Position numbers and translations under genes: made by a program
The notes under the pieces: model-generated
Databases searched by the model: none
The model's input: only the letters and a program-made list of their open reading frames with translations
What the model was told of the DNA's origin: nothing
In this document: positions 45,905 through 58,996 of the stretch, piece after piece
How the letters are laid out: each line of letters starts with the position of its first letter
Position numbering within the stretch: the first letter of the stretch is position 1
NCBI GenBank assembly: GCA_013115145.1
Contig: JAAPAO010000011.1
Span: 62,001-126,000 of the forward strand
Direction of reading: 5' to 3'
From: Perkinsus chesapeaki ATCC PRA-425
Lineage: Eukaryota > Protista > Perkinsozoa
Length of the DNA: 64,000 nt

Positions 45905-47866
45905 TTAACTCAAATCAGGTTGGAGAAACTTGTATGTCTTCAACAAATTCCCAAGATATTCATCGCTCGTAATACTATCATCCGCCACCCCCGAGTTCGC
46001 CTCCTCGCCGAAACCAAGTCGCTCCAACAACCAAGTCAACGGTTCTTCCTTCACCGTATTCTTAATGATGCTATGGACCTTGTGCACCACCATGCTACAT
46101 CGTGAGTCTAGATCAGTTTCGTCACACTGGTTCGACGCCACAGCGAGTTCCAATTGGCGGAAGGATTTGGATTGAAAACTAATATACGACAACAGCCTGT
46201 CAACCTCTGACTCATAGAGGGGCAGCAGTTTTTCGAGCCTCGCGAGCTCCATCCGCGAAATGCTCTCAGCCATCTGTGTACTTGAGGTCGCCCCGGTGGA
46301 TGGGGAGACGAATTCTTTGACGCTCCTTAGTGGACTGGCGGGACGTGACGGCTGACTAGAGGAAGCTGTCGGTGGTGGAACAACAACTGCATCCCTCAAT
46401 AACGATATCACGTCTGAGTCACGAGAATAGCTGCTCCCAGTTCGATTGTCACCTTCATGATCAGATTCTGCCTTGCACTTAACACTAGTGACATTGATAG
46501 TTCTTTGGGAACGCCCCCAGTCTATACGATCTAGTTGTTCGCAAACGAATAGCTTGCCACGGCTCGGTGTTGGTATATCGCCGATGTGATCTGAGGACGT
46601 ATAGAATACATGGCAGGTTATGAAGGTGCTCTCGCCGCCGGTCAGCAAAATGCTCAAGCCCGTACGAGCATTCCCGCGGGGTGAGGTTCCCTTGCAAAAC
46701 GCCAAACAAGACGTTGTACCACAGTGACCAGTTTGAGATTGCTTTCGGAGGACTCTTAGCCGCGCCGGTGCAGAGAAGCTGAGAAGTACCAGGCAATCGC
46801 CAGCTCCACTGGCAACTATCCGGTTGTCGCTCAGCCATAGAGTCGATTCCAGTTCGCTCTGCTCTTCATGACCAATAACCTTCACCAAACCCTTCTCGGC
46901 ATGCTCCCCGACAGTCCCTTCACGGTCGCTCTTCGTGAAGACCTGGGACCACACCAGAAGTTCCCCGCCATCCGACACTCCTGCTAGATGAGCCCTGTCG
47001 GGTGACCACGACAGACATGCGATTGGATAGGTGGTATTTATCGTGGTCAGTTGCGAACTAGAGAACTCCCTGCCATCCCTGGTAACCTTGAACAACTCGT
47101 ATATTCCAAGAATACAACAACTCGCCCGGAGCGCTACAGCGACCTTGACCCGGTCACCGCGTAATATCTCTCGCGATGTCGATCGGTCGTCTTCTGCCCC
47201 GTCGTAGGGTACCCCGGCCAGGGCATAAGCGCAACCGAACAAGTCTAGGGAATAGGCTTCTTGGCAGCCTTCCTTGTTGCTCCTGTTTCGCTTAGTAGAC
47301 CGCCGGTACAGAGTAACGCGACCGTTTGTTGCAGCAGAATTGACCTCCGGGCGGCTCCACTCAGACGTGATTGCCACGACAATGACGGATAAGTTGGGTC
47401 CTGGTTCCCATAGCTGAGCGTCTTTAACATCAGTAAGTGGCCGTTCCGCATGGTAATGGATGATGATATCCTTAATTTGGGGGCGCTTAGATGGCTGTCT
47501 GGCATCCACTAGATGCAGCCCAAGGCCCTCATAACCAATAAACAGTAATTGTGGACCACATGGTAAGACAACCGTTGCCTGGAGAGCACCCAAGCTACGA
47601 ATGGTGTCAGGAAAAGCGTCCTCCAAGTGCGGGTTCAACTGTAGGCTGGGACCGGTGGCGAATCTACCACTGCCACGCTCCTGTCCTTCTACCACCACTA
47701 GGTCGAATTGTTCGACGATACCCGAGTAGTAGCCCACAACAACCCTGAACTTCGGCTCGGCCACGTGATCACTGGCGGTCACCCGCTGGTCAATGCAACT
47801 GACGTGTATGCAAGTGGGGATTTCGGTATCGACTGGCACCACCGTATGAGGCATGATGGTGGGCAT
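45905..47866 (-). CDS. WD40-repeat-like beta-propeller protein with a C-terminal helical region, single long exon
   Basis: 653-aa ORF; PIACLSWSPDRAHLAGVSDGGELLVW, IGHEEQSELESTLWLSDNRIVASGAGDC, TGHCGTTSCLAFC...ILLTGGE. Confidence 0.75.
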   Translation of the reverse strand: MPTIMPHTVVPVDTEIPTCIHVSCIDQRVTASDHVAEPKFRVVVGYYSGIVEQFDLVVVEGQERGSGRFATGPSLQLNPHLEDAFPDTIRSLGALQATVVLPCGPQLLFIGYEGLGLHLVDARQPSKRPQIKDIIIHYHAERPLTDVKDAQLWEPGPNLSVIVVAITSEWSRPEVNSAATNGRVTLYRRSTKRNRSNKEGCQEAYSLDLFGCAYALAGVPYDGAEDDRSTSREILRGDRVKVAVALRASCCILGIYELFKVTRDGREFSSSQLTTINTTYPIACLSWSPDRAHLAGVSDGGELLVWSQVFTKSDREGTVGEHAEKGLVKVIGHEEQSELESTLWLSDNRIVASGAGDCLVLLSFSAPARLRVLRKQSQTGHCGTTSCLAFCKGTSPRGNARTGLSILLTGGESTFITCHVFYTSSDHIGDIPTPSRGKLFVCEQLDRIDWGRSQRTINVTSVKCKAESDHEGDNRTGSSYSRDSDVISLLRDAVVVPPPTASSSQPSRPASPLRSVKEFVSPSTGATSSTQMAESISRMELARLEKLLPLYESEVDRLLSYISFQSKSFRQLELAVASNQCDETDLDSRCSMVVHKVHSIIKNTVKEEPLTWLLERLGFGEEANSGVADDSITSDEYLGNLLKTYKFLQPDLS

Positions 47867-48134
47867 GATGAGGAATATTTAACGCTTAACTAACCATCGA
47901 TCATGCTACGGTCGATATGTAAGTCACGGTGGTATATTGATAAACAACCCGAAAGTGAAGATACAGTATCTTAGATTGTGCAACGAGAATATTGCAATAA
48001 GTAAAAAGTGCAAGGGTAAAAAGCTACACTTCGAGTACGGCGAAAGTCCTACCAATTAAGAGTATCACTAACGCAATTGCGAGGATTCGTCACAGAAACT
48101 TGGCAAGCATATACCATCGTTCATGATGCTGCTC

Positions 48135-48532
48135 TCAATCTTCATCGATACACTTCTTTATCCCCTGTACTGTCCGCATTCCCTTACCAGTGCAGAGCTT
48201 GAACGCTACTGGCATAATAATGTCAGTGCATGGCACCCAGCCTCTGCGCTTGCTAAGGATACTTCTTCGGTATTGAGGAAAACGAAAGACCGAAGTCTTG
48301 TGCAAGCCAGCTTCACGCTGAAGCCGTATATTGTCCTCCTGAATATCATTAGTCACACAACGGACAACACAGTACAAGCCCCTACCGATTGAGCTTGTCT
48401 CAGCATTTTGTTCTGGAAGGCAGCCCGAGCGACTAGAGCCGTAGTGGTAATCCTTGGGGCATCTGACGCTGCCAACTTGGCAGATAATGCCGATTTGGAT
48501 GCGAAAAGGCGACTTGTTATGTTCGGTGCCAT
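48135..48532 (-). CDS. Small basic protein with a mitochondrial-type presequence, spliced
   Basis: MAPNITSRLFASKSALSAKLAAS... (Ser/Ala/Arg/Lys-rich), intron gtaggg...ttcag, then EDNIRLQREAGLHKTSVFRFPQYRRSILSKRRGWVPCTDIIMPVAFKLCT and a gtaagg intron. Confidence 0.55.
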
Positions 48533-48628
48533 TACAAGGCCAATAGGTCACCTCAATGATCCTTGATGAACGCAAGACGACAACACTTGGAGAGTGAAAA
48601 TGTTAAACATTGTATTCCAGGAAATGAT

Positions 48629-51600
48629 TCAGAGAAGCGGCATCCAGCCGATGTACATGCGTATTAAATATTTCGGGCTCGTAGCAATTCTAATTAGTTC
48701 ATCAACTTGCCCTTCAACGCTTATGCCAGTTCCTCGGTAGTCTCCCTGCATATCGTTGGCCGACAGCAGCAAAGCATCTTGAGTGCCGCTATCCAGACCA
48801 CCGCCTGATACGTCCGACTGGGTCAGGAACACTACACCGGAGAGCTTCTGCTCAACCTCTTTAACCGTTCTGTCTGCGTTGTCGCTCGCTCGAGCCACGA
48901 CCAGATTAATCTCGGCTTTGCCACCTCGAAGAGAGTACTGTTTTGTCCTGGCGGCTGATGCCCACTGAGTAACAGGATCCGCCACGAACGAGAACAACAC
49001 AGAGAGAAGCGTTTTCTTATGAGCTCGTAGAGCAGACATCGCCTGCACGCATGCGGCACGGAATGGGCCTTCAACGCCGTTGGCTCCCATCGCGCTGACA
49101 CAATTACTTGTCAATCTAAATGGCACGAGTTCTGGAATCTTGAGCTTGTGGCCAGCATCGAAGATACAATCAAAGTCAACATGGGTAAGCTCGCCATCTA
49201 TTTCACTCAGCATTATATTCTCACAATGTCTATCACCAAGGCCTATTATATAACCAACCATGCACCAGAGAGCTTGAGTGGCGATGAACTTGTTGCGCAT
49301 AGCCAGCCAGTGGTCGGCATCCCGAGCGAGAGAGAAATGCCAATGCTGCAAGAGTGGAGGGGTCTCTCGTATGAGACGGGCAAAGGCTGCCTCCCCATTA
49401 GGAGCACAGATGACATCTCTAACCTTCGTGTTGAGCAGTTTTTCAAAAGGATTCTCGCCTTTCCCGTATAGTCTACTGTGGGCATTGTTTATGCAATCAC
49501 GCATAGTTAAGAAGCCTGTCATCCACTCTATGAGAGCCGCAGTGCTCGAGAGGCATACTACCGCATACGTCCTCAGTTTAACCTATCGCAACACTGGCTT
49601 AAACCATCATTGCCGATATCAGTACTTACCCCTTTCAACAGACTGCCTTTCTGATGCTCATAATCCACCCCATTCCGATTGTCATCACAATGACTTTCGA
49701 GATTGTGGTTGATCATCGTGAAGAGGTCCATCATTCTGGCATCTTTTCGCATGTCTCCATTCGCCTCTTGTTTGGCTAGGAATGGATACCTTATCAAAAC
49801 ATGGATCCCTGTGTCACCAAGAAGCAGCAAGTCTACTGTCTTCCATCAGTGCCACACATGACGATTCTCTTTGGCTTCGCTTTGCTGGCCATGACCTTTA
49901 CCTTCGGCCCCCAACTGGCCACACCCACCACACTGTTGCCTTCATCAGAGTCCAATCGCGCTCCGTACCTGAACAGAAAACCTCTACACTGCGGCGACGA
50001 GCGCAGCCACGCACCCAATGTACTGCTGCAGTGGCACAACTATCTTCGCCGACCCCCGTCCGCCTCGGATGAGCCTTTGCAACTTCGGAAAAGATGCCAA
50101 GGTGGAGAAGTTGCCCTCGCCGGTTCTGCAGTTAGTGTCGACGCAAAGGCTGCCAAGCTCCCTTATAAGTGATTTATGCTGTTCAACGCCTGTGGCGTGT
50201 CAGTAAAGTGTGCACCTATATTCAGCTAAACTTACCTTCGGAGTCTGCCTGAACCGCTGCTGGCAACACCTTGTCCTGAAGGACCTTCATAGTATCAACA
50301 TAAAAGCGTGGGGCATCTCGATGCTGTCTGCTAGCGTCCCCGCCGGTATGGTTGACAACAAATGGCAGCACATGCCACCGGCTCTGGGAAATACATAGAT
50401 AACTTCAATCGTTCGAGAGATGCTTCACTCACCTGCCTTGGGTATTGAACAAGGAGGGCGCTGATGATAGAGCACACAAAGGAGACGGTGATATTGTGAG
50501 CCTCTTCTCCAGCGACTTTGAGCTTCTCAAGATACATAAGCCTAGGACCACTGGCCCCCTCTTTCTCATATCGGGCGCGCTTCATCAAACCGTAAAGTAC
50601 CCTAAAGGTCTTGAGGTCGTCGGGTACGTGGAGCCGCGACAAGAGCTGTGGTAAAGCAGCAAACCATACTCTTAAGGGGATCTCCAAATCCGTGCTGCAC
50701 CGTTCGGCCAAGTTGCGGATGATCGAACCAGCTCTATCAGATACCCGCTGTTGCCACCGAGTGAACAAGACTCGACAGAGATCTCGAGTATGGCCCTCCA
50801 AAAGTGCCCATGTCTCAGGAACTATCAGGGGCCTATTGTCCGACCCGCCATCGACCATTTGAGTTGCAGATACCGACGTCCCTTTCTGAAAAATACTACT
50901 TTGCCCGCTAGCAGCGATACAATTTGCTTACCTGTTTTGAGAGATTGCCAATGCAGTGCTCATAATGGGGTAAACTTTCTCTTGGTATGAGATTTACCAA
51001 AGCACCGGAACCTTGATCCCATACAATACGCAATATCCTATTCAACGCCATGAGCTCGTGCTTGGTTCCAAACTGAATAGCCAACATATACTGCACTGTG
51101 ATCTCCTGTAGCGTCTTCGATATGGACATAATCCGGGTTGTGCCTGGCGGCAGTCCGGCCTCTTCCTCAAGAAGCCCATCAAGATACTGTGCAAATGCGA
51201 AGTGCCCCCTAGCTCGACGCTTTGGAGACAAATCCGCCGCCTCTGCCAGCACCTGTCTGAATGCTGGCAGGGATTCTCGTGGCTGTATTAGGTTCTTGCT
51301 GCAGCTGTACCGCAGTCGATCAAGTTTCACACACCACGCCGTCTCCTTATCGGCAGCCTGCTGGCCACGTCTACCACCCAGAAGGGATGCTACATCCTCT
51401 AGAGCGTCTCGAGACTTGCTGATATCACCGAGATCACGATAGACCTTAGACATCTCAATCATAAAGTTGACGCTCTTTTCTTTATATATTTCAGGCTGGG
51501 CTCGGCATGCCACACCAACTTCTTGTGCTAAGTCATAGCGGCCGGCTCGTCTGAGAGCTCGAAGGTGTTCCCAGAGCAGCTGGCTCAACTGCTGTGGATT

Positions 51601-54600
51601 GCCACCAACAGCTCGGATGGCTGCCATCGCCACAACCGGCCTGCCTGAGGCTTCATCGGCCTCTTCGAGAATTGCACGCGTGCGCAGCGTCTGTGGCAAA
51701 CAAAGGCTTGTCTTGTTAGACAGGCACCACTCCAAGTCGAACAGAGTCCGAGCTTTTGAACGGCACTCATTCTCCAGAACAGTGGAATATCCTTTACGAA
51801 GGCCCAGCTGACCAGCCATCCTCTTATAAGCAGCGGCGACGTCATAAGAAGCACCCTCGTTGAGGCTAACTAATGCGGGAACCACTGTTGACGACTCCTC
51901 GACCTGTGGGCCAGGATCCGACCACTTCCCCAGAAGAGCAGCCTTCCTTATCCATTGCTCTTCCTTCTCCCGCAAGGTAGACGAATCTTCCATCAAATCG
52001 TCGACACTAGTCCCACTGAAAATCTTGCTGGTATCAAGCTTCTTTGCCATCGCTAAAGCCCCAGCCTCACCGGCAGCATCCCAAGCGGTATCAACGCCCA
52101 TCTTTGCGAATATGCTTGCCATATGGACGTGATCAGGGAGTGTCATAGGCGTACCGTGAGGCGGAGCGTAGGCCTTCTCCATGAACAGGAGAGCGTGGGG
52201 CCACATTTCACACCTTTCCGCGGCTCTCGAGAGAGACAGATAAGTGGCTTGATGATCCCGTAAAAGCAGGGCTAGTCGGGGAGCGAGCCACTCACTGCGT
52301 TGATTTTTACCGAGCTTGCCCGACCATGCCTCGATGATGTCGTAGATCTCTATAATGGCAGAGAGGATAGCCCGCTCAGCCGACTCCGAGGCGAGTATCT
52401 TCTGTAGGTGGAGGAAAAGCTTGTCTAGCATCTTGCTGGGATCCTTATCCGAATAGAGAAGAGCGGCCACGAGAGTTGGTAAGACTTCCGAGGCCACCGT
52501 GCTGGACTGCTTCATGAGCAAATCCACAGCCAGCATCAGTCTTCGAACCTTCACTGTGTTGTTCTGCACACCCGGGAGCTCACGGACCATCCATCTGGCC
52601 AGAGTCTGAATCGTCCAAGTAGAGGCGTCCCTCCCCCAGCCACCCTCATCACTGGGGTTGGCGACCTTGTATGAGGTGGCGAGATAGGGCCAGAGGGTTT
52701 CAGCTGCAACACGACTCAATAGGCTGCTGGAGACCGCTGATTCCAGGAAGTTTTGGCCTCCCATGGCAGTGAGGATCGATTGTGCCAGGTACGAGTATTT
52801 AGCGCTACCTATCTTGGGTATGACGTGCGTCAGCAACAGGTGCACCGCGAGCTCCATCGCCACAGCTTCCCCTTGGTTCTCCCGCCAGGCATTGTCGGGA
52901 TTGTCTATGCCAATCCTCGCCCCGCGTCTGGAATCTCCCGGACAGTGGCGGCCTTCAGCATGACTGTATTTCCATCTTCCCAGAGCCCCTAGTGCTCTGG
53001 TCACAGCCACACTCAAGGTACCTCCAGCCGCCGCGTCTCGTTGCAATAGAATGTCAGATAAGCGACTATTAAGTTGGTTGGCGAGGGCCTCCAGATCTCC
53101 ATACGGATCATTCCAGGCCTCGGCGTAGTGCACGAGCAGGAGGTCCGCCAGCAGCACCAGTGCGCTCTCGATACAGCAATCAGGCCTTGGAGGGGATGCA
53201 GTTATCTCTTTGAGAACATACGATAAAACCGCCTTCACCTGACCTTCCTCCAGCCTTCTGTTGTCCCCACCAAAAATAATCCTCAAATGAGGATCAGTCA
53301 CCACTTGTCTGGGAAGACTTCGAGCAAACGAGCGCGCAGGATCATAGCCAACTCTCATCAAGTCTACCATATACGTGGGCAACATGGCGAGTTCTTCGTC
53401 CTTAGGCACTCGATCATACAGGCTCTTCCAAGGCCGCAGTAATGCTTCTCCCTCAGACGCTTGCCAAGGGGTGCTCTTAAGGGTCAGCTTCCGGACGGCA
53501 TCTAGATTCTGAGACCAATACAGTTGTAGGACCTGCTGGTCAACTACTTCAAGTAGCAAGGCTAACGCTGTGCAGTAGCATGCAGCTTGCTCACTCCCTT
53601 TCATTGAGGCATCGACTAGTAGCTTGAGTACATACAGATAGTAGCACTTCAGCACGTATGCCTTGTCGGCTGCTCCTGTCGAGCTTCCGCGTGCTCGCTT
53701 AGCTGGCGGCTCAGCTCCTTCGCCGATGCCTATGGAAGACCTTCTTGCCTTGGGACAAAGGACCTTTGCACTGTGGTTGAGGATGGCAAACACATTCTGT
53801 TTCGTTACAGCCAGGACAGTCTCGAAGGTGTCAGTACCATAGAGAAATCTCCTGGCGAAGCGCAAGAACACCAGGAAGAGCAGGCCACCACAGTCCGCTT
53901 CCACAATGGTTTCTATTGAGTGTCGTCCGCCGTATATGTCCAGAACAGCCCTGATAACAGTAACATCAACTGACTGGCCGGACGTGTCCTCGACAAGAGG
54001 TGCAGCGAAGACTCCATGGGCTAAGACCTCAGCTAGACACTCGGTAATCAGGTTATCCATGGCACCACTGTTGGTGACCTCTGGGGACTCGTCTAGACTT
54101 AGAAATCTTACAAGCTCCAATACATGGTGCTTTAGGTTGGCATCCTCCACACCGGACAGTATACCATTGATGAGGAGCTGCACCACAGCCTCACCAGCAA
54201 GAGGCATCAGCACATCCCTGTCTGACCGCAGTCTGATAACCGTCGATGGTAGATCCAGAAGGAGACAGACACTGTGTCTGCCTCCTTGGCCTAGGGATGA
54301 CAGAGCCGGTATCAGGGAGGACCGCAGGAAGGCCTGGCCTATGCCTGGGCACTCGAACAGTGAGCGCACTCGGCATCTCTTAAGGTGGGCAACATAAAGA
54401 GGAGGAAGGGTAAACGGCTTGCATATTTCCGGCAGGGGCGGTGGGAACTGTTGTTCCTTCGGTGGCCTGTCGAGAATTATTCGAGGATTAGCCGCCACCA
54501 TAGCTCTGTAGGGCTCATTCTCCCCCGTGAGATTACCCGCCAGCTGGAGTACTTGGCCCATGGCGAACTGGCACATTGGACAGTTAGCTCCACATTTAGA

Positions 54601-56361
54601 GGCGGTTGTGATGTCACGCGCGGTGGCCAGTGCCGAGGAAGATAGTTTTGCCCCTATACCGGGTGCTTTGCTGCCCTTCCCACCTATCCTGCAGATAAGG
54701 TTTGTGGCTTCGCCGGCCATCCAGGGGAGAGTCACTCGGAAGTGGCCCGGGTCCGGCACAGCGACCTCATGGACCTTTTCTGTGAGAGTACGCCCAAACA
54801 ACGGTGGAAATCGACTCCACGTAGACTCGGTCGCACCTCGGTTGAACAGGTCGAAAGATGTATCCTCCAAATACGCAAGTATCACCACAGTAGAGAAGAC
54901 TAGATGACTTTTGCAGGCTGAACCACTCCTATCAGACGAGTTGAGCATTTGCAGCAGCTGCCGGGCAACGGTCTCTTTGCTGGCACCGTCCCCAAGACCC
55001 AGGTAACCTTGCTGAAGGAGGCCGGCAGCGATGCATCGCCAAGCAGGCTCCTCCCCTTGGAGAGCTGCCGATCTAACATGCTGAAGCACCTCTCCGAACT
55101 CTCTACTGTCTCCTTTGCCACCAAAGGTCAGCTCCTTCTCACTCAACTGGGTGCCACTTTCAAGCAGGATCTGTGTCCACCAGAGCGACGGAGTTGTTCC
55201 TGCTGGCGCTATGGACTCGCAAAGTCGGCAGCACCGTGCATGACCGGCCTCCCCATGGAGTCTCGCGAACACTATGAGATCACATAGGGAGTGCTGGAGC
55301 TCTGAGGTGTTGGGGACGCTACTTATCTGCTCGATGAGAATCTCCGCCACATCTTCATTGAGCCCACCAGTAGCCCTGGATAACTCTGCGACAGCCTTGA
55401 GCCGCTTCGGATCGGTCCACCATTCCTCTTGTGCTGCGAGGGCCCATATGTCGTCCACTACAGTGGCTAGGGCACCAGAGGGGAGGGACCGAACTAAGAG
55501 CTCGCTAACATCCGCAGCACACTCTACTGGAGGTGGACCACTCGATTCTGCGAGATCTAGTACGTCCAGGGCCCTGTCAGGCGGCAGCCACGGCAGAGCT
55601 GCGATGCAGTCCCAGCAAGTGAACAGGATATCGTCAGAAGGAGCGAGCTCCGGAGTTAGGGAAAGAACACAACTGAGGAGCTTTGTGAGCACGTCACCAC
55701 TAGCGGCGCCATCCCCTCCCAGATAGGCCCTTCGACGCCTCAGAAGGCAGGACACTGTTGATAGTACACCGGTGATGGCCGCCGACGATGCACTGGCAGA
55801 ATCGAAGGTCCACTGTATGGAGACCGGCCCAGAGGCAGTAGAGCCTGGTGAAGAGCTTGGCTGAGGCATTATGAAATCATACGCAGCCGAAACGAAATTG
55901 GGATAGACGTGGCGGGACTGACTAGCCGCCGCTGTGTCCTGATCGCAGTCCCTCAGGAGGAGATGCACGCCCTTGAGAGCGTAGATTATATCGGCTGTCT
56001 CGGCAAGGAAAATATCCAGCAGCTCACAGTTGTACTGATCTACGTGGAGCGCTACGGTCACGACAGCCTCGACCATGAGGTCCAGTGATGGCATCGTGTC
56101 ACCGTCACCGTAGGGGTAGAGGGATAGAATGTTAATAAGGAACAGAAGAGAGCGACGAACGTGACAGTTAAGGACGCATGCGTTGGGATTGGTTGAGTCG
56201 AAAAATGAGATTGTGAAGTTAAGAGCCTCTTCCACACAAACCTTCGTAGAGTCATCCCGTGGCGAGCTGGCTGCCTGCATCAGTTGCCTACCTGACAAAA
56301 ACCGCTGCTCTGGCCGCCTCGATCCCCCCACTACCAACGGCCTGACACTTCTTCTCTCCAT
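48629..56361 (-). CDS. ATR: PIKK-family Ser/Thr kinase, ATR/Mec1-like
   Basis: 1817-aa first exon (HEAT/FAT-like), FAT end VWFAALPQLLSRLHV, SLQKPK, FLAKQEANGDMRKDARMMD, LRTYAVVCL...LIEW, GYIIGLGDRHCENI...THVDFDCIF, PELVPFRLT, FATC LIRIATSPKYLIRMYIGWMPLL*. A short extra 5' exon near 56420-56500 is possible. Confidence 0.9.
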
Positions 56362-56590
56362 CAGCGCGCTTCACAAAGTGAGAGGTGTTCCTCAATGCAA
56401 AGGCAGAGCAACACGGCGATGCAGCCCGTCCGTTGCAATCGTCTTCAACTTCGACCTCAGCAGCGCCGAAGTAGCCTCCAGGCGCCCAATGCAGCATTTC
56501 CAAAACGCCAACTGACAGCCCTGTGCCTCCCAACATGTAGCAACCCAAATCTCACTGCTGCTAGAAACGAAGATCCGAAACAAATTTGCA

Positions 56591-58102
56591 TTAGTCGGCT
56601 TCAGCATGCTCCACTGTAGGGTCTAATTCTGGCAGCTCCAGTCGCTTGACCGCATCCTCCATAAGACATCGTATTTTCCTTGCTACCTGAAAGCAAGCTC
56701 CATTACCTACATTGTAACCCGTAGTACTCTTTCCAGACTGAAGCCCATGAGAGCGCTGGTGGCCACTACAGCGTCTTTAAAACCGTCCTTAGTGAGCTCC
56801 TTATCAATGATATCAGCAGCTGCCAGTGCGGCGTCAATGCCTGCCAAACACGTTCCCAATCCAAAACGGAAGAAAACCCTTACCAGCGCCATCGCACTTA
56901 TTCACTAATACGAGGAAAGGCCTCTGGGACATCTCCATACAGTAGAGTTGAACTTCGAGCTGAAGTGCTCTGAGGGTGCCCAGGGCCTCGTCTGGTCCTG
57001 TGGACCCATCGACCTACAGCGCTGTTTCATTGAGCCCAACTGCCTGGGACAGGATGCTTACGACATAAATCAGGGCCGTGGTCCTTTGAATGTGGCGTAG
57101 GAACTGGTGACCGAGACCAACATTGTCATGGGCACCCTCGACCAGACCAGGGAGGTCGGCTATAACGTAGCCTCCTATTGAAAGACGTTATCAACCACAT
57201 CGCCAACAGAGACTCACCATCCTGGTCGTCAGTGAATCTTAGCGTTCCAAGATGCGGGGATAGTGTAGTGAAAGGGTAGGAGGCTACTTTGGGCCGAGCC
57301 TTGGTAAGGGCCCGCAGCAAGCTCGATTTACCTCAAGTGGACTTGGCGAATAACGCCAATGTTGCTGCTACTACCAGCATTGGGGAATCCCACCAGCCCT
57401 ACGTCCGCTATGGATTTGAGCTCCAATATAAGCTGCTTAACTTCACCAGGATCCCCCACGGTGAAGTCATGGGGATGATCCAAGGCCACATTGCCATTCC
57501 CACCAGCTCCGCCAAAGGCAGCGATCTGACAGCTCATTGGTATATTCTTGGCAGAGCCGCTGAAGTTCCTACGAAGGTTTGGCCAGGTTTATTCAGGTCA
57601 GCAAGCACGACAGATTTCTCGTTCCCATCATCTGGCTCATTCGAGATGACAACACCAAGCGGGACCTTCACCACTAGCGGGCTCGCATTTTTCCCGGAAA
57701 TCCTGAGCTTCTTGATACACAAAGCTCGCCCATCCCGTATATAACTTTTTATTCCTGCCTTTCCCTCCATCCATAGCCTTGGCCACGCGAGGCACGTTGG
57801 TCAGCGAGATGACGTTCGGATCTGCCTTGAAGATAACATCCCCGCCTCGCCCGCCGTTGCCACCGCTGAAGGATGGCAAATGGTACTGGTACAACACGAT
57901 CTCATTACGCAGGAACACCGGGCCCGAACAGCTTTGGGCTAACGTGTTTGATATAGGAAACGTGGCCTGCGCCGCCCTGGCCACTACGGACTTCAACACG
58001 TCTCCGGTCCACCAATCCAGCACTTAAAGCAGCGCCCGAGAAGGCCCTGTGGAGGGTAAGGGGGGACGCCCTAGTGCTGAGCCGGTATAAAATGAGGGCC
58101 AT
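56591..58102 (-). CDS. Obg/CgtA-family GTPase, probably mitochondrial (MTG2/GTPBP5-like)
   Basis: Presequence-like [58 protein letters not shown](K), [41 protein letters not shown]. Confidence 0.92.
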
Positions 58103-58439
58103 CCGCAATGGGACGGGAGACCATCGAGCACCAACTGGCCGCGGTATTAACTCATACTTTGAACACAAGGCACTCGATATGATATAGTGCTACTAGCAGT
58201 GACGAGAGACCTCTTTATAGAAGCCTCGAAAAAACAGCATAGTCTTTGGTGGGTATCATAGATACACGACAAGAGCAGCAGCAGTAAGCGGGAGACCAGC
58301 AGCAGATATCAACAATGTTACCGACGACGCTCCATAAGATTGTCGTCATCCAATGGTTGTTAACAGCAGCACTGCGTTGCTACTTTCCTCTTAGCAACAG
58401 CCACCTGTACAAGCCTCCTCCTGCTCTGCACTGGCTCTC

Positions 58440-58729
58440 TTAGGAACCCATGATAATGTTGTTGATGGGGATGAACACGAGCTTGATGGTATACCCGATG
58501 AAGCCCATGATGCAGAAACCGATGAAGCAGGCAGACGCCATCTTCTTGAACTCTGAAAGATACAAGTACAGCCCCGATGGTAGTAGCCTACAACAGAACA
58601 CCTACCCTTCGCATCAGGCTTCTCGCACTTCTGGATAAGCCTTCTGGAGTCAATAGCGAATTCGCGGAGACCGGTGTTGACATATCCGATAGGGTTGGAC
58701 TTGTCGTTGATGAGTTCGTTGAATCCCAT
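58440..58729 (-). CDS. SEC61G: Protein translocon subunit Sec61 gamma
   Basis: [21 protein letters not shown]|[37 protein letters not shown] with one intron. Confidence 0.95.
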
Positions 58730-58996
58730 GTGTAGATGAAAAATTCAGGAGACACTGCCAAACGGAGGATGATCGAAACCCTCGAGCCCGAAGCAACGCA
58801 AGCCTGCTAAAGTGACCAGGGTGAAGTGTATGGTATAAAAGATGTACACAACTGCAGCAGCGTCATGATGAGTGATAGGTGGAGAGCACCTTCATACCAC
58901 CGCCGAATTCAAAGCATATTAATCAAATCGGTGTCCTTGTACAAAAAACGTTTCAATAGTATAAACAATTACTTCCAAGATATCGTACATGGCCAA

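Noticed and set aside
43954-45907. Idea that TAA is reassigned to a sense codon
   Set aside because: TAA is the true terminator of clearly complete genes in the window (GOS1, MAPR, TOP2, Sec61 gamma, Obg).
48135-48575. 146-aa ORF superficially resembling an RNase P Pop5-like protein
   Set aside because: A spliced model from ATG 48532 with a canonical intron explains the region better; the ORF's 5' half is a different frame plus intron.
51098-56255. Numerous 60-160 aa ORFs overlapping ATR
   Set aside because: Off-frame or antisense by-products of the long GC-rich ATR exon.
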